From IMG/VR virus record IMGVR_UViG_2703718862_000013: a stretch of 39,189 bases of DNA; one strand, written 5' to 3'. Source of the DNA: a virus (lineage: Duplodnaviria; Heunggongvirae; Uroviricota; Caudoviricetes). The position numbers were made by a program, and so were the translations under genes. The notes beneath the pieces were generated by a model. It had not been told where the DNA came from and made no database searches. It saw only the letters and a program-made list of their open reading frames with translations. Shown here piece by piece: positions 1-7,753 of the stretch; positions within the stretch are counted from its first letter, which is position 1; each line of letters opens with the position of its first letter.

Positions 1-100
1 CGCGGCGATTTTTTTGATACCGATTTGCATTTCATTTGATACTGCTGAAAAACGCCGATACGCAACTTATTTGATACTAAATCGGCGCTTTTCTTTTGAG
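1..100. repeat. Terminal repeat array, candidate transposase-binding sites at the prophage right end
   Basis: Four copies of (T)TTGATAC / GCCGATAC at 16-20, 38-42, 57-61, 73-77; window starts CGCGGCG, resembling Mu R1 interior (TGAAGCGGCG...). Confidence 0.4.
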
Positions 101-123
101 TTTTAGAATGAGTTTTTAAGCGC

Positions 124-861
124 TCATTCACTCTCTTTCAAACCAGTTTTAACTGTTTGTGGTTTTGGGTAAGGCTGGACTTTGAATAGCTTTGTGTTGA
201 GGCGTTTTCTGGCCCTCTTGTTCAGAAACCGGATGTAACGAAACTGTCGGAACTTATGCACACTGGCTCTGTCGATATTAGCCCTCAGATGTTCACCTCG
301 TTGTCCGCCTCGTTTAATGGCATTCCTGCAAATCTCGTGATACCACTCGCCATCAAGTTCATAGAATATTGTTTCATGGCTGCCTACATAATCAAAATTG
401 CTTGCCTGATACACGACACCAAGACAGCCACAACGCTCATCTGCAAACGACTGAACCCACTGTACCTGCGGATAAAGCTGCCTGATTAGCTTGAGCGCGT
501 AACTGATTGCCCTTGATTCGGAATTTCTCGGCATACAGTCATGCATCCATAGCCGGTTCAGCTCCATATATTCTCGGTTCTGCGTACCCGTTACGACGCG
601 TGCACCACTGTTTGGGTTAAGGGCGTAACCCCATTGCATTACGCCAACAAGTTCCCGTTCTGAAAATATGCCCAGATGAAGGTAGGAGTTATTTACGAAA
701 CGGTGGCTGTAATGTTTATTGACGATAACCAGTCTGGCCAGCCAGCAACTTATTGTCTCAACCCGCAACTCACGGGAACCATAACCAACGATATTGTCGT
801 TATAGCGAATAAGTTCAGGCGTGCTGATGATACGGGATGTGACTTGCTTTCTGTTCCCCAC
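124..861 (-). CDS. mom: Mom DNA-modification protein (adenine modification, anti-restriction)
   Basis: Recalled Mu Mom signature [11 protein letters not shown]...[26 protein letters not shown]...[11 protein letters not shown]...RGGQRG...LRAN; last gene before phage end. Confidence 0.85.
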   Translation of the reverse strand: MGNRKQVTSRIISTPELIRYNDNIVGYGSRELRVETISCWLARLVIVNKHYSHRFVNNSYLHLGIFSERELVGVMQWGYALNPNSGARVVTGTQNREYMELNRLWMHDCMPRNSESRAISYALKLIRQLYPQVQWVQSFADERCGCLGVVYQASNFDYVGSHETIFYELDGEWYHEICRNAIKRGGQRGEHLRANIDRASVHKFRQFRYIRFLNKRARKRLNTKLFKVQPYPKPQTVKTGLKESE

Positions 862-1015
862 GACAGGATTTCCTTGTGTATGTGGGGTGCTCTGTGGCGC
901 TCGGAGATGTGATTTGATTGAGGGTTTTACAGCGCGGACATTTTACTTCCAGATAACTGAAACTGGCCCGTGCCAGTAGCTTATTGCAGTGTCGGCACCG
1001 TATGTTTCGATACAT
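815..1015 (-). CDS. com: Com zinc-finger translational activator of mom (ORF open to 1060; start at MYRNIRC likely)
   Basis: [10 protein letters not shown]...VKCPRCK matches Mu Com C4 zinc finger; overlaps mom 5' end as in Mu. Confidence 0.8.
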   Translation of the reverse strand: MYRNIRCRHCNKLLARASFSYLEVKCPRCKTLNQITSPSATEHPTYTRKSCRGEQKASHIPYHQHA

Positions 1016-1039
1016 GGCCGCATAACCTCCTGCTTTGTT

Positions 1040-1210
1040 GTTGATGCCTTTCTCATGCAATCGATCGACAAAAACGATCGATTCGATTTGTTTAATTGAT
1101 ACAACAAATAGATTGAAAAGTCATCAACAATGATTCAGGGCGGTGATTATTTACTTAAAGAAAACGAAGAGTTAGGCGGTGAAAACGATCATAAAATGAT
1201 CATTTTATTG
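1040..1210 (-). promoter_or_regulatory. Candidate mom operon regulatory region with two palindromic GATC pairs
   Basis: CGATCG-acaaaaa-CGATCG (1051-1069) and GATCAT-aaa-ATGATC (1187-1201) upstream of com. Confidence 0.35.
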
Positions 1211-1275
1211 ACTTTTTATCCAGTGAAGGTAGGATCGCGCGTATATGTAGTATGTTTCAAATCAACAGGATACTA

Positions 1276-1314
1276 CATAAAAGGGAAACCCAGCATAGCT
1301 GGAACTATGCTGGG
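1276..1314 (-). terminator. Intrinsic terminator, minus strand, insulating the com-mom unit
   Basis: Perfect 10-bp stem CCCAGCATAG/CTATGCTGGG (1289-1314), 6-nt loop, U-rich tract after it on minus strand. Confidence 0.5.
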
Positions 1315-1501
1315 CCGATTTAGACAAGTTTGCATCAATGCTTTACTTCGGGACTACATAAATGGCGACTCAGATAGCGCGAACTATTCTGGGTCAATCT
1401 GTAAAAAACTGCATCAATGCTTCACTCTGAGCTCGTGGTGTATCCTATGATATTCCCCGGCCTCCTGTAAAGCAGAGATGCATCTGTTCAGGCAGGAGAA
1501 A

Positions 1502-1708
1502 ATGGATAAACTGACCACCGACCAAAAGTTACAGGCTGCGCGAATTGCAGCTGATATCACAATTGCAGCAATGACATCCACCAGTTGTGTCTTTACCTCT
1601 TTTCATACAGCTGGTGATTCATCAGCTATGCAATTATGGAACGCGTGCTTTTCTGATGTAATTCGGGCAATCAGCGAGTCAACTGACCCTCACGAACCGC
1701 AAAAATAG
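1502..1708 (+). CDS. Hypothetical small protein (68 aa from MDKLTT)
   Basis: AGGAGA Shine-Dalgarno before ATG at 1502; converges on 1671..1871. Confidence 0.3.
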   Translation: MDKLTTDQKLQAARIAADITIAAMTSTSCVFTSFHTAGDSSAMQLWNACFSDVIRAISESTDPHEPQK

Positions 1709-1871
1709 CGCATCTTGGGGTACACAGGATCTGCATCGCTATCCACATTGCAGTGGTGAAGTTTCGATCCTGTAATGTATTTTCATCAAGTCCTGAACGT
1801 AGCGCATTGATAATTTCTGCGCTTAATATTTCCAGACCTTTGGTATCGGGCTGCTTTTTGTTCTTGTCCAT
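1671..1871 (-). CDS. Hypothetical small protein (66 aa)
   Basis: GAGGAA Shine-Dalgarno 7 nt upstream of ATG; follows terminator/promoter-like element. Confidence 0.4.
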   Translation of the reverse strand: MDKNKKQPDTKGLEILSAEIINALRSGLDENTLQDRNFTTAMWIAMQILCTPRCAIFAVREGQLTR

Positions 1872-1907
1872 GATTATTTCCTCTGACTGGTATATACATC
1901 GCCCATG

Positions 1908-1945
1908 AAAATCAAACCGACAGGAGAAGCTGTCGGTTTGTATTG
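1908..1945. terminator. Bidirectional terminator-like hairpin
   Basis: Stem AACCGACAG/CTGTCGGTT with T-rich flanks on both strands; sits after stop of 1946..2191. Confidence 0.45.
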
Positions 1946-2191
1946 TTACATCATGGCACTGTCAGTTCCGGGCTGAACCGGCTCTGGTTGCTCTACGGGC
2001 TGAGGCTCATTCTCCGTGCTGTTTTCAGCCGGAGAATGGCCAACCATTCGGGCCAGCACTTCATCAACATATGCGTCGATTTGTGCCTCAAAATCCTTGC
2101 GAACCTGCGCCTTCAGCACGCGGTTCACTTCTTCAGAATAAAGTGCCTGTTTGACAAGCTCTTCAGTAACCGTGCCTTTAATCTCTGGCAT
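1946..2191 (-). CDS. Hypothetical protein, acidic with Pro/Glu-rich C-terminus
   Basis: ORF in operon position after esterase gene. Confidence 0.45.
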   Translation of the reverse strand: MPEIKGTVTEELVKQALYSEEVNRVLKAQVRKDFEAQIDAYVDEVLARMVGHSPAENSTENEPQPVEQPEPVQPGTDSAMM

Positions 2192-2226
2192 GAATATTCT
2201 CCTTTCCTTTTCTGGTTCACAAAAAA

Positions 2227-2412
2227 TTAAATCTGACCGGAGTCTTTCGGCTGCGGCATTACAGCACCGCTTTTTATCTTTTCCTCTGCGGCTGCATCAA
2301 TTTTATTTCGAAAATAATTTCGGATAATTTTGTAACCTCCGCTGAGGAGATAAAGTAGACACACACACGTGCAAAAATAAAGCATAAATGTATGTAGTAT
2401 TGGCATAATCAC
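2227..2412 (-). CDS. Hypothetical small membrane protein
   Basis: Single hydrophobic helix ILHTFMLYFCTCVCLLYLLSGGY; likely ATG at 2406 with GGTGA upstream. Confidence 0.4.
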   Translation of the reverse strand: MIMPILHTFMLYFCTCVCLLYLLSGGYKIIRNYFRNKIDAAAEEKIKSGAVMPQPKDSGQI

Positions 2413-2441
2413 TCACCATTTTAAATAAAATGAATTACCCG

Positions 2442-4523
2442 TCATTTATTCACATTAGACGGAGAGACCGCATCGTTAACCTGCACTTTAATTGTGTCAA
2501 ACAACATCGGGTAAGTGGCTGCATTGCCGGTAATATCGGTCAGTGTCAGTTGATCCACCGTGAACCCGGCATTCACCCACTTCACAAGTTCAAATGGTTC
2601 ACCATCTTTCCCGTCCAGAACTGGGGTAACACTCATGCTATTACCACCTGCAAACCGTAACGAGAGCGTATGCCATTCATGATCAAAGACACCATACGAT
2701 CCTATCTGTTGACTTCCGCTCCCTTTGTGATACATCACATTCAGGTTAGCTGAATCCGTTTGCAGGAAACATGATGCGATGAGGTTATTTTTTCCGTCAC
2801 CGTCAGGCCAGTTACTTACAGCCCAGTAAATACCAACACCATACCGGTTTTCCGCAATGCCCGCATCCGATGGAATTTTGAAACGGAGGGAAATATCACC
2901 ACCTCTGGCGAACAAATCCCTGGCATTATCAGCTGTGATCGGATGATACATTTTCCATGAGGCCATGCTGTTAGGCGCTTTATTCACCCTTAACGCTTTG
3001 TTACCACCTGTTGCAGCAGCATCCGTGACAAAGGTTGCTTTTCCGGAAGCCGCATTCCACCCCTGATCTTTCATTGGTTCTGTCGGGGCGTTTGCAGTAT
3101 ACGAAACGATGATCTTCATCTGATCGCTCACGTCCTTCACATCCCCGGTGGGTTCAGGCTCACTCTTACCGGTATCAGAATGTTCTGTTGCCGTTACACC
3201 GCGGAAGAAAGCAGATTTTTGTCCTGACAATGTCAGAATCGCTGTTGCCAGACGGTCTGAAATAATTCCACGGCGCGCCCATGAACTGAAATGGCTTGCC
3301 CTGTCGTTTGATGTCCAGTTAGTCGAATCGCGACTTATGGCACCATAATAGCCAATACCTGGAATATCCGGGTCTTCATCTGGATTATTTGTCGGTACAT
3401 TTTTTCCATTTTCATCCACAACAAATGGAACAAAGTGAATGTTCTTTGCTTCATTAGCATATTTGCCATAAACAGCTTTGTATTGTTCTGGATATGTATT
3501 TTTCCAGTAATACGTCGTATCACCACAGATCCACGGTACAGAAGCCATATCTCCGGCTGGAGATTGCGCAGAAAAAGCCGAAAGTTCACGCCTGAATGTT
3601 TCGACCATCGTCACAAACAGACCGGAATGTTCAGCATGTTTTCCTGTTTTCAGATCATTCTCGCCCTGCATCCAGACAACGGACAGGAGAATATTTCTGG
3701 GGTTACTGCTGAGAGCCGCTTTTGTTCGGTTAACAAGATCGCTGAACAAAGGTTTATTGACTCCCCAGCGCGATGATGCAGATGTTGCTCCGGAAGCTTC
3801 AGTAAATTCACCATCAGCACCATCGGTAAATGCAGAGCCTCCTCTGGCACAGGGAACCAGAAGGATACCAGCCTCTTCCGGGATAAAGGGCAGGAGTTTT
3901 TTTGCAATATGCAAACCCTGGCCGACACAACCATACTGACCTTTTGAAAGATCTGCTTTTGGATGATTATGGTTACTCATATCCAGCACATCATGAAGAC
4001 AGTGATCTGCCGGAATTATATCGTTGTAGGCGCATTCAACCCCGCCAGGTGTAACCGTGTTACGGCGAGCCAGCTGTTTAATACGTGGATCAGGTCGATC
4101 ATAGGTATCAGGCAAAGGAAGACCTTCACCAAATGACGATGCATTCGACTGACCAGCAATAACAACCACGTAATACCAGGACGGAGTTTGACCTGCAACT
4201 TTATCTCCTGCTGAGGAAGTGTATGTTTCCGCATTGTTCCAGTCTGACGGTTCAGTAGTACCGGCAACATCAGCACTTAACGGAATGACAGCACCAATAC
4301 CCGCTCCGGTAATTTCCACGTTCGGATCACCGGATACTGGCCTTACCCACAGGCAATCCCGTGTATTAAAACTGATGAGACAGTCAGCAAATGTCATACC
4401 TCCTTTCGTTTCAGCCGGAGGAAAGGGAGCCTCAAGAAATGCCGCTGTACCACCGGAAACTTTAACGGTAAAGTTTCCGGGCATTGATGATAGTTGAACC
4501 CATTTGGACGTCATAATATTCAT
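2442..4523 (-). CDS. nanS-p: NanS-p-like sialate 9-O-acetylesterase (SGNH/SASA domain) with N- and C-terminal extra domains
   Basis: VVVIAGQSNA...GEGLPLP, PRIKQLAR, LHIAKKLLPFIP, VPCARGGSAFT, WMQGENDL, CGDTTYYWK, EDPD..GYYG, ARRGIISDR match recalled NanS (YjhS) family; AGGA RBS. Confidence 0.75.
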   Translation of the reverse strand: MNIMTSKWVQLSSMPGNFTVKVSGGTAAFLEAPFPPAETKGGMTFADCLISFNTRDCLWVRPVSGDPNVEITGAGIGAVIPLSADVAGTTEPSDWNNAETYTSSAGDKVAGQTPSWYYVVVIAGQSNASSFGEGLPLPDTYDRPDPRIKQLARRNTVTPGGVECAYNDIIPADHCLHDVLDMSNHNHPKADLSKGQYGCVGQGLHIAKKLLPFIPEEAGILLVPCARGGSAFTDGADGEFTEASGATSASSRWGVNKPLFSDLVNRTKAALSSNPRNILLSVVWMQGENDLKTGKHAEHSGLFVTMVETFRRELSAFSAQSPAGDMASVPWICGDTTYYWKNTYPEQYKAVYGKYANEAKNIHFVPFVVDENGKNVPTNNPDEDPDIPGIGYYGAISRDSTNWTSNDRASHFSSWARRGIISDRLATAILTLSGQKSAFFRGVTATEHSDTGKSEPEPTGDVKDVSDQMKIIVSYTANAPTEPMKDQGWNAASGKATFVTDAAATGGNKALRVNKAPNSMASWKMYHPITADNARDLFARGGDISLRFKIPSDAGIAENRYGVGIYWAVSNWPDGDGKNNLIASCFLQTDSANLNVMYHKGSGSQQIGSYGVFDHEWHTLSLRFAGGNSMSVTPVLDGKDGEPFELVKWVNAGFTVDQLTLTDITGNAATYPMLFDTIKVQVNDAVSPSNVNK

Positions 4524-4613
4524 CCTGTTCCTGAATAAACAGAATTATCATATCCACAGACCGATAAACGCCATTTTGCGTTAATTCAGTAAAGGCCCAA
4601 CAAAGGGAGCGTC

Positions 4614-5174
4614 TTATTTTTCCAAAACGCTCGCAGGATAATAACGATAAAGGGTTGAAAGGCCGATATCAAAAATAAGTGCCACCTGTCTTCGGCTGAC
4701 CCCCCCGGCCAGTAAACGCCCGACCTGCTCGTATTGTTCCTGCGTGAGACGACGGGGTCTGCCGCCGGTTCGTCCCCTTTCACGGGCAGCTGTAAGACCA
4801 GCCCGTGTCCGTTCGACAATCAATTCACGCTCCATTTCTGCCAGCGCACCCATTATGTGAAAAAAGAAGCGCCCCATGGGGGTTGACGTATCAATGCTGT
4901 CAGTAAGACTACGAAAATTTATCCCCTGTTGCTGTAATTCATCTGTCAGCGCAACAAGGTGGCGCATACTGCGCCCCAGCCTGTCCAGTTTCCAGACCAT
5001 CAGCGTGTCACCGGGTTTTAGTTTCTTCAGTGCCCGCTTCAGTCCCGGCCGCTGCGTTGTTTTTCCGCTCATTTTATCTTCAAAAATCTGCTCACATCCT
5101 GCACATTCCAGCGCATTTCTTTGTAAACCTGTGTTCTGGTCATTTGTTGATACGCGTATATAGCCAATCAGCAT
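4614..5174 (-). CDS. gin: Site-specific DNA invertase, serine recombinase of Gin/Hin/Pin/Cin family
   Basis: MLIGYIRVSTNDQNT...GDTLMVWKLDRLGRSM...GRPRRLT is near-identical in pattern to recalled Mu Gin; adjacent to invertible segment. Confidence 0.95.
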   Translation of the reverse strand: MLIGYIRVSTNDQNTGLQRNALECAGCEQIFEDKMSGKTTQRPGLKRALKKLKPGDTLMVWKLDRLGRSMRHLVALTDELQQQGINFRSLTDSIDTSTPMGRFFFHIMGALAEMERELIVERTRAGLTAARERGRTGGRPRRLTQEQYEQVGRLLAGGVSRRQVALIFDIGLSTLYRYYPASVLEK

Positions 5175-5236
5175 GTATTTACCTTCCTTAAAAAGAGGTG
5201 GAAAGGCCTTTTAAAGCAGATATACGGCATCCCTGA

Positions 5237-5386
5237 AACCTCGGTTTACGGGAAACGGTAAATAAGGCGGCGAATGCCCTGCCATCGGACGGCACCGCTG
5301 CGGCAGCAAACAGACTCGCCACCCCAGTAAATATTAATGGTGTTCCTTTCGACGGGACGCGGGATATAAACATTACGTCAGGAATG
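5237..5386. repeat. Inverted repeat, left arm (duplicate of tail-fibre constant region)
   Basis: About 150 bp, ~92% identical to reverse complement of 6521-6671; same reading frame NLGLRETVNKAA..NRLATPVNINGVPFDGT.DINITSGM. Confidence 0.85.
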
Positions 5387-5608
5387 CCGGAATCAACGGC
5401 CAATCAGCGTTATGTTACAGGGGTAAGACTGGGAGCGCAGGCATTAAGCAGCGGACTGGAATATAATTACTCCCTGTCATCAGGAAATGTGATTACCGGT
5501 TTTAAGACTGACGGAGACTGGGAAATGCGTGGTGGTGATGACCGTGTTTATTACAGACAGATACAATATTGTATTAATGGGAATTGGGTATCCGCTGCAA
5601 GTATTTAA
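5237..5608 (+). CDS. Silent alternative tail-fibre C-terminal cassette (Sv'-like), no start or promoter in this orientation
   Basis: Frame continues from IR-encoded constant residues into a 73-aa alternative C-terminus related to, but diverged from, the current S C-terminus. Confidence 0.7.
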   Translation, partial: NLGLRETVNKAANALPSDGTAAAANRLATPVNINGVPFDGTRDINITSGMPESTANQRYVTGVRLGAQALSSGLEYNYSLSSGNVITGFKTDGDWEMRGGDDRVYYRQIQYCINGNWVSAASI

Positions 5609-5725
5609 TTAACGGCTCATGGCGTACGGCAGGCAGCGCCTGATATATGCGTTATCTCAGACAACCCCTGTCCGTATATAGCGATAGTATTATTCCTGTT
5701 TTTATCATTGATTCACATGGTGATG

Positions 5726-6250
5726 TTTATGCAACTGATTAATGTTAAACGATATTACCCGGAAAACACCCTCTATGGTAATGATGTACAGTATTTTCAG
5801 AGTGAAGATGGTAAGGATTTCTACGAGTCCCTGCCATTATTCACCAAAAAATATAAACTTTGTATAACACCTGACAGCGGCATTATCTGCTCAATATCAC
5901 AGGACGCTTCGGCGCTGTATCCTGCGGGGTTCTCTGTGGTTGAAGTCGACGAACTCCCTGAAGGTGCTGATATTTCGGGTAACTGGAAGTTTGATAATGG
6001 CGTGATCTCCCGTATTCCGGTTAACTACGCAAGAAAACTGGAAGCAATGCGCCAGTTATATCTTAATCAGGCATATGAAAAAATTAATGACTGGAGAACA
6101 GAATTACAGCTGGGCACCATCAGTGATGAAGACAGAGCCGCACTTACCCGATGGATGGCATACATCAGTCAGGTGAAAAAAATGGAACCATCCGCCATTA
6201 AAACTGAAGCTGAATTTGATGCCATTAAATGGCCCGAACAGCCTGAATAA
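5726..6250 (+). CDS. Tail-fibre assembly chaperone (Tfa, U'-like), silent in this orientation
   Basis: Typical Tfa C-terminus ...RAALTRWMAYISQVKKM...EFDAIKWPEQPE; GGTGA RBS before ATG 5726 (ORF open from 5708). Confidence 0.8.
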   Translation, partial: FMQLINVKRYYPENTLYGNDVQYFQSEDGKDFYESLPLFTKKYKLCITPDSGIICSISQDASALYPAGFSVVEVDELPEGADISGNWKFDNGVISRIPVNYARKLEAMRQLYLNQAYEKINDWRTELQLGTISDEDRAALTRWMAYISQVKKMEPSAIKTEAEFDAIKWPEQPE

Positions 6251-6251
6251 C

Positions 6252-6280
6252 TTAAAGGGTGCTTATCGCACCCTTTTTCT
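6252..6280. terminator. Terminator hairpin between convergent U' and S
   Basis: GGGTGC-ttat-GCACCC followed by TTTTTC on plus strand. Confidence 0.55.
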
Positions 6281-6284
6281 TTCA

Positions 6285-7196
6285 TCAGACAGATGAAACT
6301 GTACGCCATGCATTACTGATATATATCTGCACAGGACGGAAATAAACCCCGCCAATGTTATCGGCAGAGTTTTTTCCTGTTTCCTGCACGTTAATACCGG
6401 AAAGCATACAACCGGAAGGCGCACTGTAATTCCATGACATTTCATTGCCTCCGGGTGAATGATAGCTCTGTGCTCCAAGCTGAACGTTCTGTACATACCG
6501 GCCATCTGCGGTTGACTGCGTCATTCCTGACGTGATGTTGATATCCTGCGTCCCGTCGAAAGGAACACCATTAATATTTACTGGGGTGGCGAGTCTGTTT
6601 GCTGCCACGGCGGTTCCACCCGATGGCAGGGCATCAGCAGCCTTATTTACCGTTTCCCGTAAACCGAGGTTATTGATAAAGGTTCCTTTGTCCGGGATAT
6701 CCGCGCCATTCTGGTCCCTGCGCAGATAACGCGCATCGCCTTCTCCCTTACTGTAAACATCAAGATTCAGACGAGCCGTCGGTTTATCCAGTACATCGTC
6801 AAAATTCCGGGATTTCTCCAGTGCTCCCACATCAGCAGCAGCCAGACTGTCTTTTCCTGATAATCCTCCCAGCCCCAGATGACGGCGGGCAGCAGCCTGT
6901 GCTTCTGCACCTGCATCCGCAATCTCCTTAAGGTTGTTTTTCCGGCTGTATGCGTTTGCTGCAATGATTGCCTTAATGGCTGTCACCAGCTGGTTCAGTT
7001 TTGCCTTATCCGGCTGAACCTTTCCTTCTGTCAGAATGGCAAGCAGCTCTGCCTGCACGATGTTCAGCCAGTCCTGACCGATATGGCTGATCCCTTTGCG
7101 TCCGTCACCTTCAGTAAACCATTTAACCTGCGTGCCCTGAGAGGGGGCCAGTGGTGGCATATCGGTCACACCTGAATTGTTGTCGACAAAATACAT
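6285..7196 (-). CDS. S: Tail fibre protein (S-like), constant N-terminus plus currently joined variable C-terminus
   Basis: Position after baseplate genes; C-terminal third lies inside invertible segment. Confidence 0.85.
   Translation of the reverse strand: MYFVDNNSGVTDMPPLAPSQGTQVKWFTEGDGRKGISHIGQDWLNIVQAELLAILTEGKVQPDKAKLNQLVTAIKAIIAANAYSRKNNLKEIADAGAEAQAAARRHLGLGGLSGKDSLAAADVGALEKSRNFDDVLDKPTARLNLDVYSKGEGDARYLRRDQNGADIPDKGTFINNLGLRETVNKAADALPSGGTAVAANRLATPVNINGVPFDGTQDINITSGMTQSTADGRYVQNVQLGAQSYHSPGGNEMSWNYSAPSGCMLSGINVQETGKNSADNIGGVYFRPVQIYISNAWRTVSSV
6521..6671. repeat. Inverted repeat, right arm (inside S coding sequence)
   Basis: Reverse complement matches 5237-5386. Confidence 0.85.
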
Positions 7197-7753
7197 TACT
7201 CCGTCTCCTCATGACTGTTTTCGTACAGATATAAAAACGTCTGCCAGGCTGGCTTATAACGGTTTAAAATGCACTCCAGCGCACTTGCATCATAAATTCG
7301 CAGTGGCGTAAGAATATCGTCCAGTACATTCATGTGACGGTATCCCACCGCCGTCTTCACTGTCACAATACTAATCCATTGTGATTCCGGTGATGGCTGG
7401 ATATCTATTTCATAACCAAACTCTGTTGCAAACCGGATATAAAATTCACGGTTAAGAGAGGGTTTCATCCGGTATTTATTCCCGGCATAACGCTGACGCT
7501 CCTGAATGGTTGCGCCGGTCATATCACATTCCGGTAACCCCAGATAACGCTCCCAGTCTTCCAGCAGCAGACGGGATGAATCAGGAAAACGTTCTGCCAG
7601 CATCTGGTTACCGATCCAGGAAACACGCTCCGTGGAATGACTGAGACCCAGGCACAAAGCCGCAAGAACGGATGACGGCCGCTTGTCCCATGCCAGACCG
7701 TCAGGCAGCAACTGCAGCAGGGCGCGCTGATGCGGGGTCAGGGTTACAGCCAT
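7196..7753 (-). CDS. Tail/baseplate protein, Mu gp48-like
   Basis: Synteny between baseplate J-like gene and fibre. Confidence 0.65.
   Translation of the reverse strand: MAVTLTPHQRALLQLLPDGLAWDKRPSSVLAALCLGLSHSTERVSWIGNQMLAERFPDSSRLLLEDWERYLGLPECDMTGATIQERQRYAGNKYRMKPSLNREFYIRFATEFGYEIDIQPSPESQWISIVTVKTAVGYRHMNVLDDILTPLRIYDASALECILNRYKPAWQTFLYLYENSHEETE

Larger units (their letters stand above)
5229..6679. other. G-like invertible tail-fibre segment bounded by gix-like crossover sites
   Basis: gix-like sites 5229-5254 (core tc) and 6654-6679 (inverted, core ga); central AAACC-TC-GGTTTAC(G)GGAA matches recalled Mu gix. Confidence 0.75.

Noticed and set aside
1130-1450. Plus-strand 106-aa ORF upstream of com
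   Set aside because: No RBS; spans the GATC palindromes and the terminator hairpin, so it is more likely regulatory non-coding DNA.
5188-5403. Minus-strand ORF (71 aa), and its mirror image at 6532..6729 on plus
   Set aside because: Both are antisense readings of the invertible segment's inverted repeats; their similarity to each other simply reflects the repeat.
6263-6505. Minus-strand 80-aa ORF
   Set aside because: Out-of-frame overlap with the tail fibre gene S.
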